Part shown: one piece after another, positions 1-11,144 of the stretch | How the letters are laid out: every line of letters begins with the position of its first letter | Position numbering within the stretch: position 1 is the first letter of the stretch | DNA from: Squalus acanthias | Taxonomy: Eukaryota | Length of the DNA: 64,000 nt | Assembly: GCA_030390025.1 (NCBI GenBank) | Contig: JASTWF010000355.1 | Coordinates: 248,001 to 312,000 of the forward strand | Direction of reading: 5' to 3' | Program-made: the position numbers and the translations under genes | Notes under the pieces: model-generated | Seen by the model: the letters and a program-made list of their open reading frames with translations, nothing else | Databases searched by the model: none | Told to the model about the DNA's origin: nothing

Positions 1-1200
1 GAAAAGTATTATCTCGTGCTTTATTTGTGTTAATCTTATTCCTGTCTCTATCACTCTGTTTGTGTTTGTATCTGTCTGTCTTTCATTGTCTCTTTCTCTC
101 TGTATAGCTGCTGAACTCAGTCGTTTTCTTTCTCTTTAGTTCAAGTCTCTTAATTTCTGTCTATCGCTGTTTTCTTTTCTTTTTAAGTCACCCTTTGCTT
201 TCTCTTTCACGCTGTCTCACTCTGTATCTCTATGTTGCTGCATCTATTCATAGAATCTTACTTCATAGAATAAGGCCATTCGGCCCATTATGTATGTGCC
301 GGCCCTTTGAAAGAGCTCTCCAATTCGTTAGCTGCCCTGCTCTTTCCCCATAGCCCGGCAATGTTCTCTCCTTAGATTTTGTATCCAAGTCCCTTTTGAA
401 AGTTACTATTGAATCTGCTTCCATCATCGTTTAGGTGTGTGCATTCGTAACACCTCTCTGAATAAAAGAATTCTTCTCGTCTCACCTCAGTTTTTTTCCC
501 AATTACTTTAATGGTATCCTCTCTGAATCTGCCTTCTTTGTCTCCTCTTTCCTTTTCACTCACTCTTTCTCTGGCTCTTTCTCTCCTCGGTCTGTCTCTG
601 ATTTTTTTATCTTTCCACCCCGTCTACAATGCTTTCTCTGTCTTTCTGTCTCACTCTATCTCCGAGTCTCGGTGTGTGTCTCTTCCTCTTTACTCCATCT
701 TTCCGTTCGCCTTTTTTATCAACTCAGCCTTTCTGTACCACCCTGTTTGACTCTCATTCTGTTTCTCTCTGTTTTGTTTAAATCTTTCTTTCTATTACTA
801 GTTGTATCTCTCTTTCTATCTCTCATTTTCTTTCCATCTCTCTCTGACTTATATTACATTTCTCTTTCTCTCTTTTCTGTCTCCTAATCTCCATCTCTTG
901 CGTGTCTTTCTGTTTTGTTCCATCTCTCTATTTAGCCTCTGTATATTTCTCTCTTTTCTCTTTTGTCTCATTTGAACTCTCTTTTTGTGTGCCTCTGTGT
1001 GTTCTGTCTCTACATTTCCCCGTTTGTGCCCTTTACTCTCTCTTATGTAACTCATTTTTCTTCATCTCGCTGTGCCTTACTCTCTGTGTGCTGTTTCTCC
1101 AGTTACCGTCTGTGCCTTGATTTTTCTCTACTGACTCTCCTTTTCTCCCTTTCGCTCTCTCTCTCTGTTCTATTTCAATGTCCCCATATCTTCCTTCTTC
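1..1200. repeat. Degenerate (CT)n/pyrimidine-rich low-complexity tract
   Basis: Dense TCTC/TTTC runs. ORFs here are Ser/Leu/Phe- or Arg/Glu/Lys-rich artefacts. Similar tracts lie at ~2790-3340 and ~49390-50300. Confidence 0.85.
248..510 (-). mobile_element. CR1-type LINE 3' end fragment
   Basis: catagaa...aggccattcggccc...ggccctttgaaagagc is the reverse complement of the CR1 3' UTR type also seen at 43820 and 59470. Confidence 0.55.
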
Positions 1201-1622
1201 TTTAACTTTTCATTATCAGAATTTACAATAAATTTTAGTTATTTGATCGCAGACTAATTAGCTACAATTTATTGCACGTTACTCGAAAATTATCATTTAT
1301 ACCAATAAAAAACAATGATAATTTTTTTAAATCAATGCAAAGATACTATTTGCATCTGTTCAGAAACATATCAAGTAGTTGTATTCAATAAAATATTTGA
1401 CGAAATTACCGTCGCCCCAACATTGTGTGAAGTGTTGTGAGCTATTTTATCATAAAAGGCACTTTACAAATTCATGTTTCATTAATTTAATTGTACATTG
1501 TAGACTGGGAAATAGCCGCCAGTTTATTTTTTGCCTCAATTTGTGTCGTTTGCTGTCTGTAGCTCTCCTGCTCTGCTTCTTTCTGTGTCTCTAGTTCGCT
1601 GTGATTGCCTTCTTTTGTGCAT

Positions 1623-2780
1623 AATAACATAAGAACATAAGAACTAGGAGCAGGAGTAGGCCATACGGTCCCTTGAGCCTGATCCGCCATTCAATAAGAT
1701 CATGGCTGAACTTCGACATCAAATCCACTTTCCCGCCCTAACCATATAGCCCTTGATTCCCTTAATATCCAAAAATCTACCGATCTCAGCCTTGAATATA
1801 CTCAAAAACGGAGCATCCACAGCCCTCTGGGGTAGAGAAATATAAAGATTCACCACCCTCTCAGAGAAGAAATATCGCCTCATCTCATTCTTAAATGGCC
1901 GACCAATGAGACTGAGAAACCGAGTTCTGGGCTCTCTAGCCAGGGAAAATAGCCTCTCAGCATCTCACCTATTAAGCCATGTAAGAATGTTATACATTTC
2001 AATGGGATCTTCTCTCATTCTTCTATACCTCAGAGAATCTCTCATCATAGGACAGCCCTCTGTTCTCTGGAATCAGTTCAGTGAACCATTGTTGCACTCC
2101 CTCTCAGGCAAGTATATACTCTCTTAGGTAAGGAGACTAAAACTGTACACAGTACTCCAGGTGTGGTCTTACAAAAACCCAATATAATTGCAACAATACT
2201 TCCTTACACTTATACTGCAAGCCCCTTGCAATAAAGGCTAACATACCACAGCTACTGGTTCCCCCATATCTACCTTGCTAGGTATAAACTAAAAAAACCT
2301 CCAATAGGTTTGTCAACACGATTTCCGTTTCATAAAACCGTGTTGTCTCTGTAATTTTCCAAGTGCCTGCTACCACGTCCTTAATAATAGATTCTAGCAT
2401 TTTTCCTCCAATGAATGTGAGGTTAATTGGCTTATATTTCCCTGTTTTCTCTCTCCTCCTTTCTTTTACAGTGTCGTTACATTTACTACATTCCAATCCA
2501 CGAGGAGCTTTCTCGAATCTTGTGATTTCTGGAAGATCAAAACCAATGCATCCACTATCTCTACAGCCACCTCTTTGAAAACCCTAGGATGTACGCCAAT
2601 AGGTCCAGGTTATTTGTCAGCTTTTAGTCCCATTAATTTCTCTAGTACTCTTTCTTTATTAATATTAATCACTTTAAGTTCCTCACTCTCATTAGACCCT
2701 TGGTTGTCCACAATTTCCGGTATGTTCTTTGTGTCTTCTGCTGTGAAAGCAGAAATAGAATATGTGTTTAACGTATCTCT
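1623..2780 (-). mobile_element. CR1 (HER1-like) LINE, 5'-truncated and internally deleted
   Basis: Begins aacataagaacataagaactaggagcaggagtaggccat, the antisense of the 3' tail at 19386-19432. The minus ORF 2278..2496 (KTGKYKPINLT..GKMLESIIKD) matches the RT of ORF 17632..19332. Confidence 0.9.
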
Positions 2781-3673
2781 CTTTGTAATTTCCCCTGTGT
2801 GCCTGTATTATTCCGGTTTAACTTTCCCTCTGTCTCCATTTATCTAACAATTTCTCTCAACATTCTCTTGCTCACAAACTCTATATCTTTAGAACTGTGT
2901 TATGCGTTTTTGTTTTTTAAATATACATGTGCCTTTCCTATTCATGGTTTTCCTGCGGGTATTTTTTCCTCATTATATTTTTCTCTTTCTATTTTTCTCC
3001 ACCTCAGGTTTGGCCGATTTCTCTCTCTGCCTTTTCAGTGTGTCCGGCCTTAAATTTCTCCCTCTCTCCCTCTTTGACTATCCCGTTGTATCTCTTTTTC
3101 TCTCTATCCGTTTCAACATCTACATCTCTAACTCTTTGCTTCTTTACGTATGCCGATTGGTCTCTTGCTGATTTTACTCTCTTCAACTTATTTTATCTGC
3201 CACTCTGCGTTCTGCAATCACTTTCTGTTTGTCTACCTCTCCTCCCTTCATAGTTCTGTCTCTCTAACTCTCTACATCTGTATCTCTCTATCTCCCTATC
3301 TTTCTATCTCTCTATCTATGTCCTTCTGTCTCTCCATTTATGTGCAGTGCTCCCATTCTGATCAGGCCCACAGCAGCGACTGTGATTGGTGGGTTTGCCC
3401 ATTTTGCTGTCGGTGCAGGGCGGCCATTTACTGGAAGTCCAGCTGAGATCTTTATTGCCGCCATTTTGAGCAACAATTCATGTGTCGTCAGCAGAGTGAG
3501 TCCCGCCTCAATAGGTCAAATCATCAATAAAAATATAATATCACAATCAGAGTTAAGATCATGTCAGGGCTCTGTGCTGCTAATATAAAATGTACTTTCC
3601 GCTCAGTGGGGAGTGTCGGGAATGGAGTTTGAAATGGGATGTAGTTCTAGTTGATGAAACCCTTCAGCTCTTG

Positions 3674-4575
3674 CTATGATTTAACTAATTTAACAATTAG
3701 ATTGAGTGGGTATTTCACCGCGTTCTTCAGCTCCTCTCTGAATTTAGTCTGGGTCACAGCGTAAATACAAGTGTTTGTGCAGGAACTGAGAAGCTGCAGC
3801 ATTCCGGCTGTGCTTTCTGTGATAAAAAGAGGATCAGTGACGGTGTAATTATAACTCTTTGTAAGTCGCTGATAGATGACAAATACAACCAGTGTCACCC
3901 ATAACAGTATAAAACTGCCCGTTATGCTGAAGAGTAAAATGATGGATTTCCTTCGGTTCTCCATCTCTGGGTCCTTGTGAATCTCTCCATCGCTGCGGCC
4001 CCGGAGTCCCGTGCGGACTCTACTGGCCGCTAAAATACGTCTGACCGTCAGAACATTGAGCAGCAAAATCAAAAAGAACGGAACACAGGGGATTAAAATG
4101 ATGTGAAACATGTCAAATGCGATCCATGCGGGGGAAGTAACGAAGCTCAGTTTACCGATACTACCCCAGGGCACATCATCAATTATGTAGTAAGGTCCAT
4201 AGATAAAGTACCAGGGGACAGACTCTAAGCAGCTCAGCACACTCACTGTTCCGATAACCACAGCCGCTGTTTTCTCGGTGCAATATTTTGTTTTCAGTTT
4301 CTCACAACAAATGGCCACAAATCGATCAAAGGTGAAAGCGACTGTCAGCCAAACAGAAACCGCAGTGGTTGCATAACGCAGGAAGTGAATAAAACTACAC
4401 ACGGGAGTAATGGTCAGGAATGAATACGGGAAATAAATCATAAAAATCCACTTCAATGTGGGATCAGCGATGACGACCAGGAGATCGGCCGCTGCCATTC
4501 CCACCAGGTAGCGAGTGATACATTTGGAGAGACCGCACTTTCCTCGGGACAGGATCACAATCGCCACCAAGTTAA
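3674..4575 (-). CDS. GPR139/GPR142-like class A GPCR, paralogue A, coding exon 2 (TM1 end to C-terminus)
   Basis: 7TM hydrophobic pattern with MAAADLL (TM2), FDRFVAIC (DRY-like), NTCIY (NPxxY-like) and KFREEL helix 8. Acceptor tctctcttacag|TTAACTTG at 4576-4578, phase 1. Confidence 0.93.
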
Positions 4576-6514
4576 CTGTAAGAGAGAGAAAAGGAAGCAG
4601 AGAAAGTACTGATCAGACCTGGAGCTAAAGCAGCAGTTTGACAGGATCTGGGTGAAATTTCCAGCTTTGTTGCTGCATCGAACGGTGGAAACTGATTCGT
4701 GGACCTGGGCAGCGCTACCGGGCAGAGAAATGTTTCAACACAATTATCGAGAATGAATTGGGAAATCGACAGAGGTAATGAACAAAGTGAGCACTGGATT
4801 ACTGGAAGGGCGTAATGAGGGCGCAGTGCCAATGGGGAAGGGAAAGGGGATTTTACGGAGCGGGAATCCAAAGGGTTATGTCCGGATTTGGGCTCCAGAC
4901 GGGTGGGGAGAGAGAGTTAAGGCCGGTATTGTTTTGGGGACAGGTGTAGGTGCAGCTCGTTTTTGCACTGGTATGAGACAGCCGACAAGGGTTGACACTT
5001 AACGGGAAAGGCCGCGAACCGCGGCGGTGAGTTTGAGGCTTCGGATCGGATTGGAAGAGACAGCTGGATGCGAGCCAGTGAGTGAGAGTGGGAGGGAGAC
5101 AAGGAAAAGGACGTGTAGGAGCTTGAGGGGAGTTTGGAGCTGATGGTTTGAAAACGCGGACAAAATGAAGCAACGGATGAGGAGACAGAGGATTCTGTGC
5201 CGGGGAGGAGAGGCTGGGATAAACAGGGAGAGACGGCAGCAGAGGAAGTTAATGTAGAGGTCCCGGTAACACATTCAAACATTAATTTCTGTGTTTACTG
5301 GGGTCAGCACGTTCGGTATAAAATTTACTCAGCACATTCAGTTATATCAAATTCAAATTCAAATATATCAACCTCATTTTTTATTGAATTGAGCTGAAGC
5401 GCAGCTTTAAAAATCCATTGTTTCAGTAATTTATGATGATCAATTAATCATGTATCCCATTCTTTAATTCAATTTATATTATGTGTATTTTTCATGTCAT
5501 AAATTAAGGAAAAATAAATATTTTCCAAAACAGACTGAGGTCCTGACGGAAAAACACACAGGGGAGCGGGAACAATATTAAAATCTCTCCCAATCTGACA
5601 ACATCCTAATAACACCCTCAAGTCATAACTCCTAATTTTAGTTGTACTCGGAGTTTCCGTAGCTCGCTCTCTCTCACATTCGCTCAAAAAATTGCTTCTC
5701 GCTTGCCTTCTCCCTCTCTCTTTCTCTATCGATCCTCTATATTTATGCACTATCTGTGCTCCCTTTGCCAAAGCTCATTTTCACATTCGATTCTATCCTA
5801 ACATCCTACGTTAGCATTCTGCTCACCAACCCCGTGCTCAATAATTCTATTTTCAGAGTCACTTTGTTCAATTATGAAGCCTCTGTGAATAATTTAATGT
5901 TTCTACAGGTCACCCACGTCGCCACCTGTTTCCCTGCACAGTTCACTTCATCTGCAGTGCCTGCAATAAACAGAATCGAAAGTCTCTTCCAGATGGACCT
6001 CACAGTAAGTCCCTGCTCCTGTAATAAGAATGTGTACCGTTAGATGGCGCGATTGTTCAATTAACAAAAAGCCAACATCACCGCTGCTACGTATAATCTC
6101 CAGATAAATAGAAGGGCTCCTGATTCCAACAGATACAGTGCAAACTGATACAACATAACATTAAAACATTTCATTTGACAATTAAGTCCAGTGACAGTCA
6201 ATGAGTCCACCGACACTGAAGCAGAGAAGGAGATGTGAGTCAGCAGCAAAATCAGTTGAGTCGCCAGACCTCTGAATCGGCGTCCGATACACACACCGTG
6301 AAATAATATCTCATAACATGGATAACCAAAACAAACATTTAATTCCCAGTTAAACCGAACCCTTTTATTGCGGAGGGAGGACATTGTGTTCCCTCCTTGT
6401 AACAATGAGACCGTGAGCTTTCTCATTATCAATCACTGAAAACACATTCATTAAAAATATTTCAGGACAGGCTACTTCACAACATGAAACAGTTAACAGC
6501 TCCAGGTGGTCTGA

Positions 6515-6584
6515 TATTAAAACAGGAAATGCTGGAAATACTCGGCCGGTCCGGCAGCATCTTTGGATAGAGAAGCAGAGCTGA
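6515..6584 (-). mobile_element. 70-bp Penelope-like terminal fragment in the intron of paralogue A
   Basis: Matches the post-ribozyme tail at 11073-11140. Flanked by the TSD TGGTCTGA (6507-6514, 6585-6592). The paralogous site at ~58028 is empty. Confidence 0.7.
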
Positions 6585-6869
6585 TGGTCTGAATCCGGCT
6601 CTTATCCCGGACTCCTGATTAAACAGATTCCAATACAATCAGTACAGAGAATAATTCACTTACATTATCTGGGTTGGATGCACAAAAATCATTACAGATA
6701 TAACGAAGCTCCTACATGGCTGAATGAGAAGAGGCTGAGGACATCCCATCATTCAACTGATTCAACAGAACAGGCGGCTGTGTAAAACACTCAGCGAGTA
6801 AAACATGACCAAGTGCAGCAGCAGAGTTAGCACCGAGTTACACCACTAACAGTTAAGAATACGGCTTAC

Positions 6870-6939
6870 CAGAAACTCCAACGGCTGCAATAGCAGGATA
6901 GTAAATGTCTTCTATCTGATAGATTACTGGATATGCCAT
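6870..6939 (-). CDS. GPR139-like paralogue A, coding exon 1 (MAYPVIYQIEDIYYPAIAAVGVS)
   Basis: ATG at 6939-6937, 70 nt, ending TCTG|gtaag. Phase 1 matches exon 2, giving 972 nt and 323 aa. Supplies the YYP...GVx-N start of TM1. Confidence 0.9.
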
Positions 6940-7024
6940 TTCTGTGAGAAGCGGTGACTTCTGTTGGAGTGGAACCCACAGCTTCGGCAGGCTCTCTAAG
7001 CTGATACATTGCAATGGGCCCTGA

Positions 7025-7030
7025 TTTATA
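7025..7030 (-). promoter_or_regulatory. Candidate TATA box (TATAAA) of paralogue A
   Basis: 86 nt upstream of the ATG. The same motif occurs at the same distance in paralogue B (58458-58463). Confidence 0.6.
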
Positions 7031-7659
7031 CAGGGGATAAGTCTCCACTGACACGGTTATACCCCTGATCATTTCTATTAGTTACAGTAACTTGAAAAAA
7101 ACAGATTACATCAGGATCTTTGACTCCGATGTAAATAAAGTGGTGGATACAACACAAACATCTCAAGGACCACATCTTAATCAGACCTCTCTCAGGAATA
7201 AGGCTGATTGCATCGCTCATACAGAACTGATCCAACAATAATTAGCGGATTCATTTACAGTTTCATGCAATGGTATTGACAATGTTCACTCTTGTCGATT
7301 GATTTATAAATATTATCGATTTCTCCGCAGTGTACACTGAATCCGGGGACCCAGGCAGAGCCGTTCCACTATGTCCCTGCAGTTTCCCAGTTAAATTATG
7401 AAGATTCTGTCTCTGACACAGGGACAGTTAAAGGCCATGTTCATGATTGGAGCCTAGAAATTACTGTGGGTGATATTCGGGGGCGGACACTGAACGTGTC
7501 CCATTGACATTCTTCTCTCCGCTATTTTACAGCCCATGTTTCCCGGTTTATTCCTAATTGATTAACGGCTCCAGTAAGATTAGAACTGTGCAACCTCCTG
7601 ACTCCATTCTCCAGGTCACTCCTGGCCGACCATCCAACCTCCACCGTCCATCAATGTCA

Positions 7660-9330
7660 ACCGATCCTACACTCTGCTGTCCATGTCCAGCCCTCCCCAA
7701 GTCCCGCTCACCCTCGCTGGCCCGCATTGGCTCACAATTCCTACCACCTCCAACGCCTTCATTATAAAATTATTGTCCTTGCCTTTAAATCCCTCCATGG
7801 CCTCACCCCTCGCCATCTCCACCCTCTCGTCCAACCCTGCACTAAACCCACCCGTAATCTCTCCATACCTCTGACGGTGAGACTGCCATTACTTGGTTCC
7901 AATCTTACCGACCTGATCGTAGCCAGAGCATCTCGAGCAATGGCTTCTCTTCCCACACCACCACCGTTAGCTCTTCAGTCTCTGAACTTTCCATTCTAGC
8001 CCCCTCCTCTTCCTCATCTACTTGCTGCCCTTTGGCAATATCAGCTACATGTATGGGCTCAACTTCCACATGCCTGCTGACAACACTCAGCTCCGGTTCT
8101 CCACCATCTCTCTCCACCCTCGTCTGCCTCTCTGCTATCAAACTACAACAATTTTGCTGAGTTGTGAGTTGCATCAACTAAAGACGAAATAGATCAAAGC
8201 CTCCACCTTTGCCCCACCACAAAATCCCTACCCATGTCACCGATTCCATTTCCCCCCCAACGTTGCTGTCTCAGGCTGAATATGACGTTTTGTAACTCCT
8301 GCAGCCTATACGTCCCTGACTTGAGCTTCCGAACTCGCATTCTGTACATCACAAAAGACGCCAACATCCGCCACCATAACATCACCGGCCTCTGCTCCCG
8401 CCTCAGCCCATCTGGCATTGAAGGCCTCAATCATCCATTTCTCAGCTCCAGACACTCCGTCCTCTCCTCCAATCCGTTGCCTCTTCATTCCTCTGACATT
8501 GGCTTCTCTTTTGCTGGGACTTCCCTTTGCTTGTTTACCTATTTGATCGGAGCCAGAGAATCTCCAGCAAATGTTTCTCCCCGTGGTCCCACATCCGGAA
8601 ACACCGTCCCCGTGATGACTCACAAGGATCTATCCCCGCCCTCTCTTCTTCCTCATCTACATGCTTCCCATTGAAACTTCCACCCGTAGATATGGGATCA
8701 GCTTTTACATGTACGTTGACGACACTAGTTTTAGCTCCCCGTCCACTCTCCCGAACCCCCTCCCTGTGTGGTCAGACTCCTTGTCCAACAACCTTTTTTG
8801 GATGAGAGACAATTTTCTCTAAACAAACATTGACAGGGCTAAAGGCATCATCTTCAGTCCCAGCCAAAAACTTAGTATCCTAGCCACAAATATCACTCCC
8901 CACCCTAACTATTAGCTTACACGGACGCTCAGCAAACGATCTTAAACTAAGTTCTGCTTTATACCCATTAGTCATTCTGCAATAATGGTCGCCTACTACC
9001 ACCTCAAAGCATCGCCGCCTCCCCTCTTGCCTCAGCCCATCAGATTTTGAAGCGTGTATCCATACCTTTGTCACATGCAGACCCGACTCTACCAATGGAC
9101 ACTTGGCTTACCTCTCATCCTTCACCGTCAATACACTTGGTTATCCAAAACTCTGATGCCCGCATCCTATCCCACGCTAGATCACTCTCTTCGATGAACC
9201 CTCTCCTCGTTTATCTACTTCAAAGACTCCAGTTTATTTTGTCTTCCTTATGTTTCATCCCTCATGGCCTCACCTATCCCTAGTAATTCTATGTACCGCC
9301 TTGGTTCCTACACCCTAATGCTCTTGCCGA
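7660..9330 (+). mobile_element. Several degraded L2 LINE fragments
   Basis: Repeated aaatccctccatggcctcacccct and RT-like segments similar to 14000-14900. Confidence 0.65.
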
Positions 9331-9459
9331 ACAAAAACCCACCAGTCTCAGTGTTAAAATCTTCAATTGAGCCCCAGTGATTTCTGTACGAGGTTCAGTC
9401 AATCTCTCTGCTCGTCCACAGCTCTTATCTTCTCGTCATTCAGAACATGCTTTGATCTA

Positions 9460-9990
9460 TCTTCAGTACAAAGTGAACGACGTCACACTTTCCCACGTTG
9501 AGATCCATCTGCCATCTCCCCATTCACTAACACTATCAATGTCCGTTTGCAACGTTTTGCTCCCATCTACACTGTTTACTGTGCCACCTAAACGAATGTC
9601 GTCAGAAAACATAGATGTGCGGTTCTGTATTCCTTCATTTAAGTCATTTATAAAAACAGTGAAAAGCTTCGGCCCCACACAGATCCCCGGGAATCACCAT
9701 TAGTCACATCCTGTTAATTTAATTACATACCCATTATGCCGAATGCATGAATCCTATCCCCTCAACTATTTAATAGCCAAGCCAATAACTCTCCAATGCC
9801 TTCAATTCCAGGCGCTAGCATTTTTGTTAAAAGTCTCTTTTGTTGAACCTCGTTGAATATCTTCTAGAAATCCACGTAAATAGCATCCATAGACAATCCC
9901 TACCTACCCTATCAGTTGATGTTCTTATCAGTTACATCCTCTGAAAATTCAACGAATTTCGTTGGACATGACACTCCTTTTACAATCCAT
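9460..9990 (-). mobile_element. Degraded CR1 RT fragment
   Basis: Minus ORF GPKLFTVFINDL...FSDDIRLGG resembles the RT core of ORF 17632..19332. Confidence 0.8.
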
Positions 9991-10599
9991 GCTCCAGAAT
10001 TCCGTGCTTGAGCTCCTGGGTTGGCAGCCCCTTTCGTAGCTGCTCTTCTTTTCAACTGTATCCGTGGTCATCCATTGCCATTCTTTGCCCTTTCTTCCCC
10101 CAATCTCCTTTCTTCAATTACTTCAGATACCCTGCCTCTGATAGTGAAGGCATTTCAGCCTACAAGCTCAAACTACAAGTTTAAAGCTACCCCTGCAGAG
10201 TCCACTGCCCATGCACGGGCTTCCTTTGTTCTAACTGAGCTCCTTCAACTGCCGGAATTCTGCTGAAACTTGACCTTTATCAATGGATTCCTCGCGAACT
10301 GGACCTCGTTGACTACACGGTTTGATTCATCGGCCGTGGCGCTGCATTGCTTTTCAGGCACTTCAAGTCTTAAGCTACGAAATTCTTTTCTCAAATTAGT
10401 TTCCGATATCCTGGCCTTCTCCGGACATCTAGACTTTATTTCTGCTTTGAACTACGTTGGATTACACTACGTTTCTGCACAGGATTACACCGTAAGACTT
10501 AACTGCTGTGTCTCTCTCACTGCTGCAAAAATATTGTTACCTTTAAACTTCCGGCTGTGTCTCGGCTGAACTGGTTCTACTGTTTTTTCAGCTCTGCTC

Positions 10600-11140
10600 G
10601 CTTGTAGGTAACTCTTGCTGTCTGATAAACTCGAGGAACAGCACCTCATCTTTCCATAAGGCACCCTACCGCCCTGTGGACTCAACATAGAGTTCAACAA
10701 TTTCAGATCATAACCACGGCCCCTATCACATATAAATATATATATATATATTTTTTTTATCCACACTTTTATTTGGCCTTTTACTCTTCCTTCCCACATG
10801 GCAGCTGTCCTTCATATATGCCAGCGCAATTCACACTTCATCTAGAGCCATCCTTTGTTCCTTATCATTTCCCATTACCTCCTCCTCTTGCCTTGAATAT
10901 CTCTTAATGGCTCTCAATGTCTCTTAATCTCTCCTGCTTTCTACCCTATCACTGACCTTCCCTTTTGTTCTTTCATCCCCTCCCCCGTTTCCCAGCCCAT
11001 AAACTTGCTTTAAAATCTATTCCATTTCCTGCTTTTTCCAGTTCTGACGAAAGGTCTTCGACCTGAAACGTTAACTCTGTTTCTCTCTCTACGGATGCTG
11101 CCTGGCCTGCTGAGTTTTTCCATCGTTTTTATGTTGTTAT
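10600..11140 (+). mobile_element. Penelope-like element 3' end, family 1 (GIY-YIG C-terminus plus terminal repeat)
   Basis: aaactcgaggaacagcacctcatc...gagttcaacaatttcagatc encodes KLEEQHLIF..EFNNFRS, as in the copies at 19552-20194. Confidence 0.8.
11040..11076 (+). ncRNA. Minimal type I hammerhead ribozyme motif (Penelope-associated)
   Basis: AGTT-CTGACGA-A-AGGTC ttc GACCT-GAAAC GTT-AACT gives stem I, the core, stem II and a palindromic 2-bp stem III. Confidence 0.8.
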
Positions 11141-11144
11141 TGCT

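Noticed and set aside
3451..3456. AATAAA on the minus strand ~220 nt after the paralogue A stop
   Set aside because: It is not conserved downstream of paralogue B, so it cannot be supported as the polyA signal.
6866..7072. Paralogous 68-aa ORFs (also 58299..58505) overlapping exon 1
   Set aside because: They are out of frame with the receptor and start upstream of the candidate TATA box. Their similarity is explained by the duplication.
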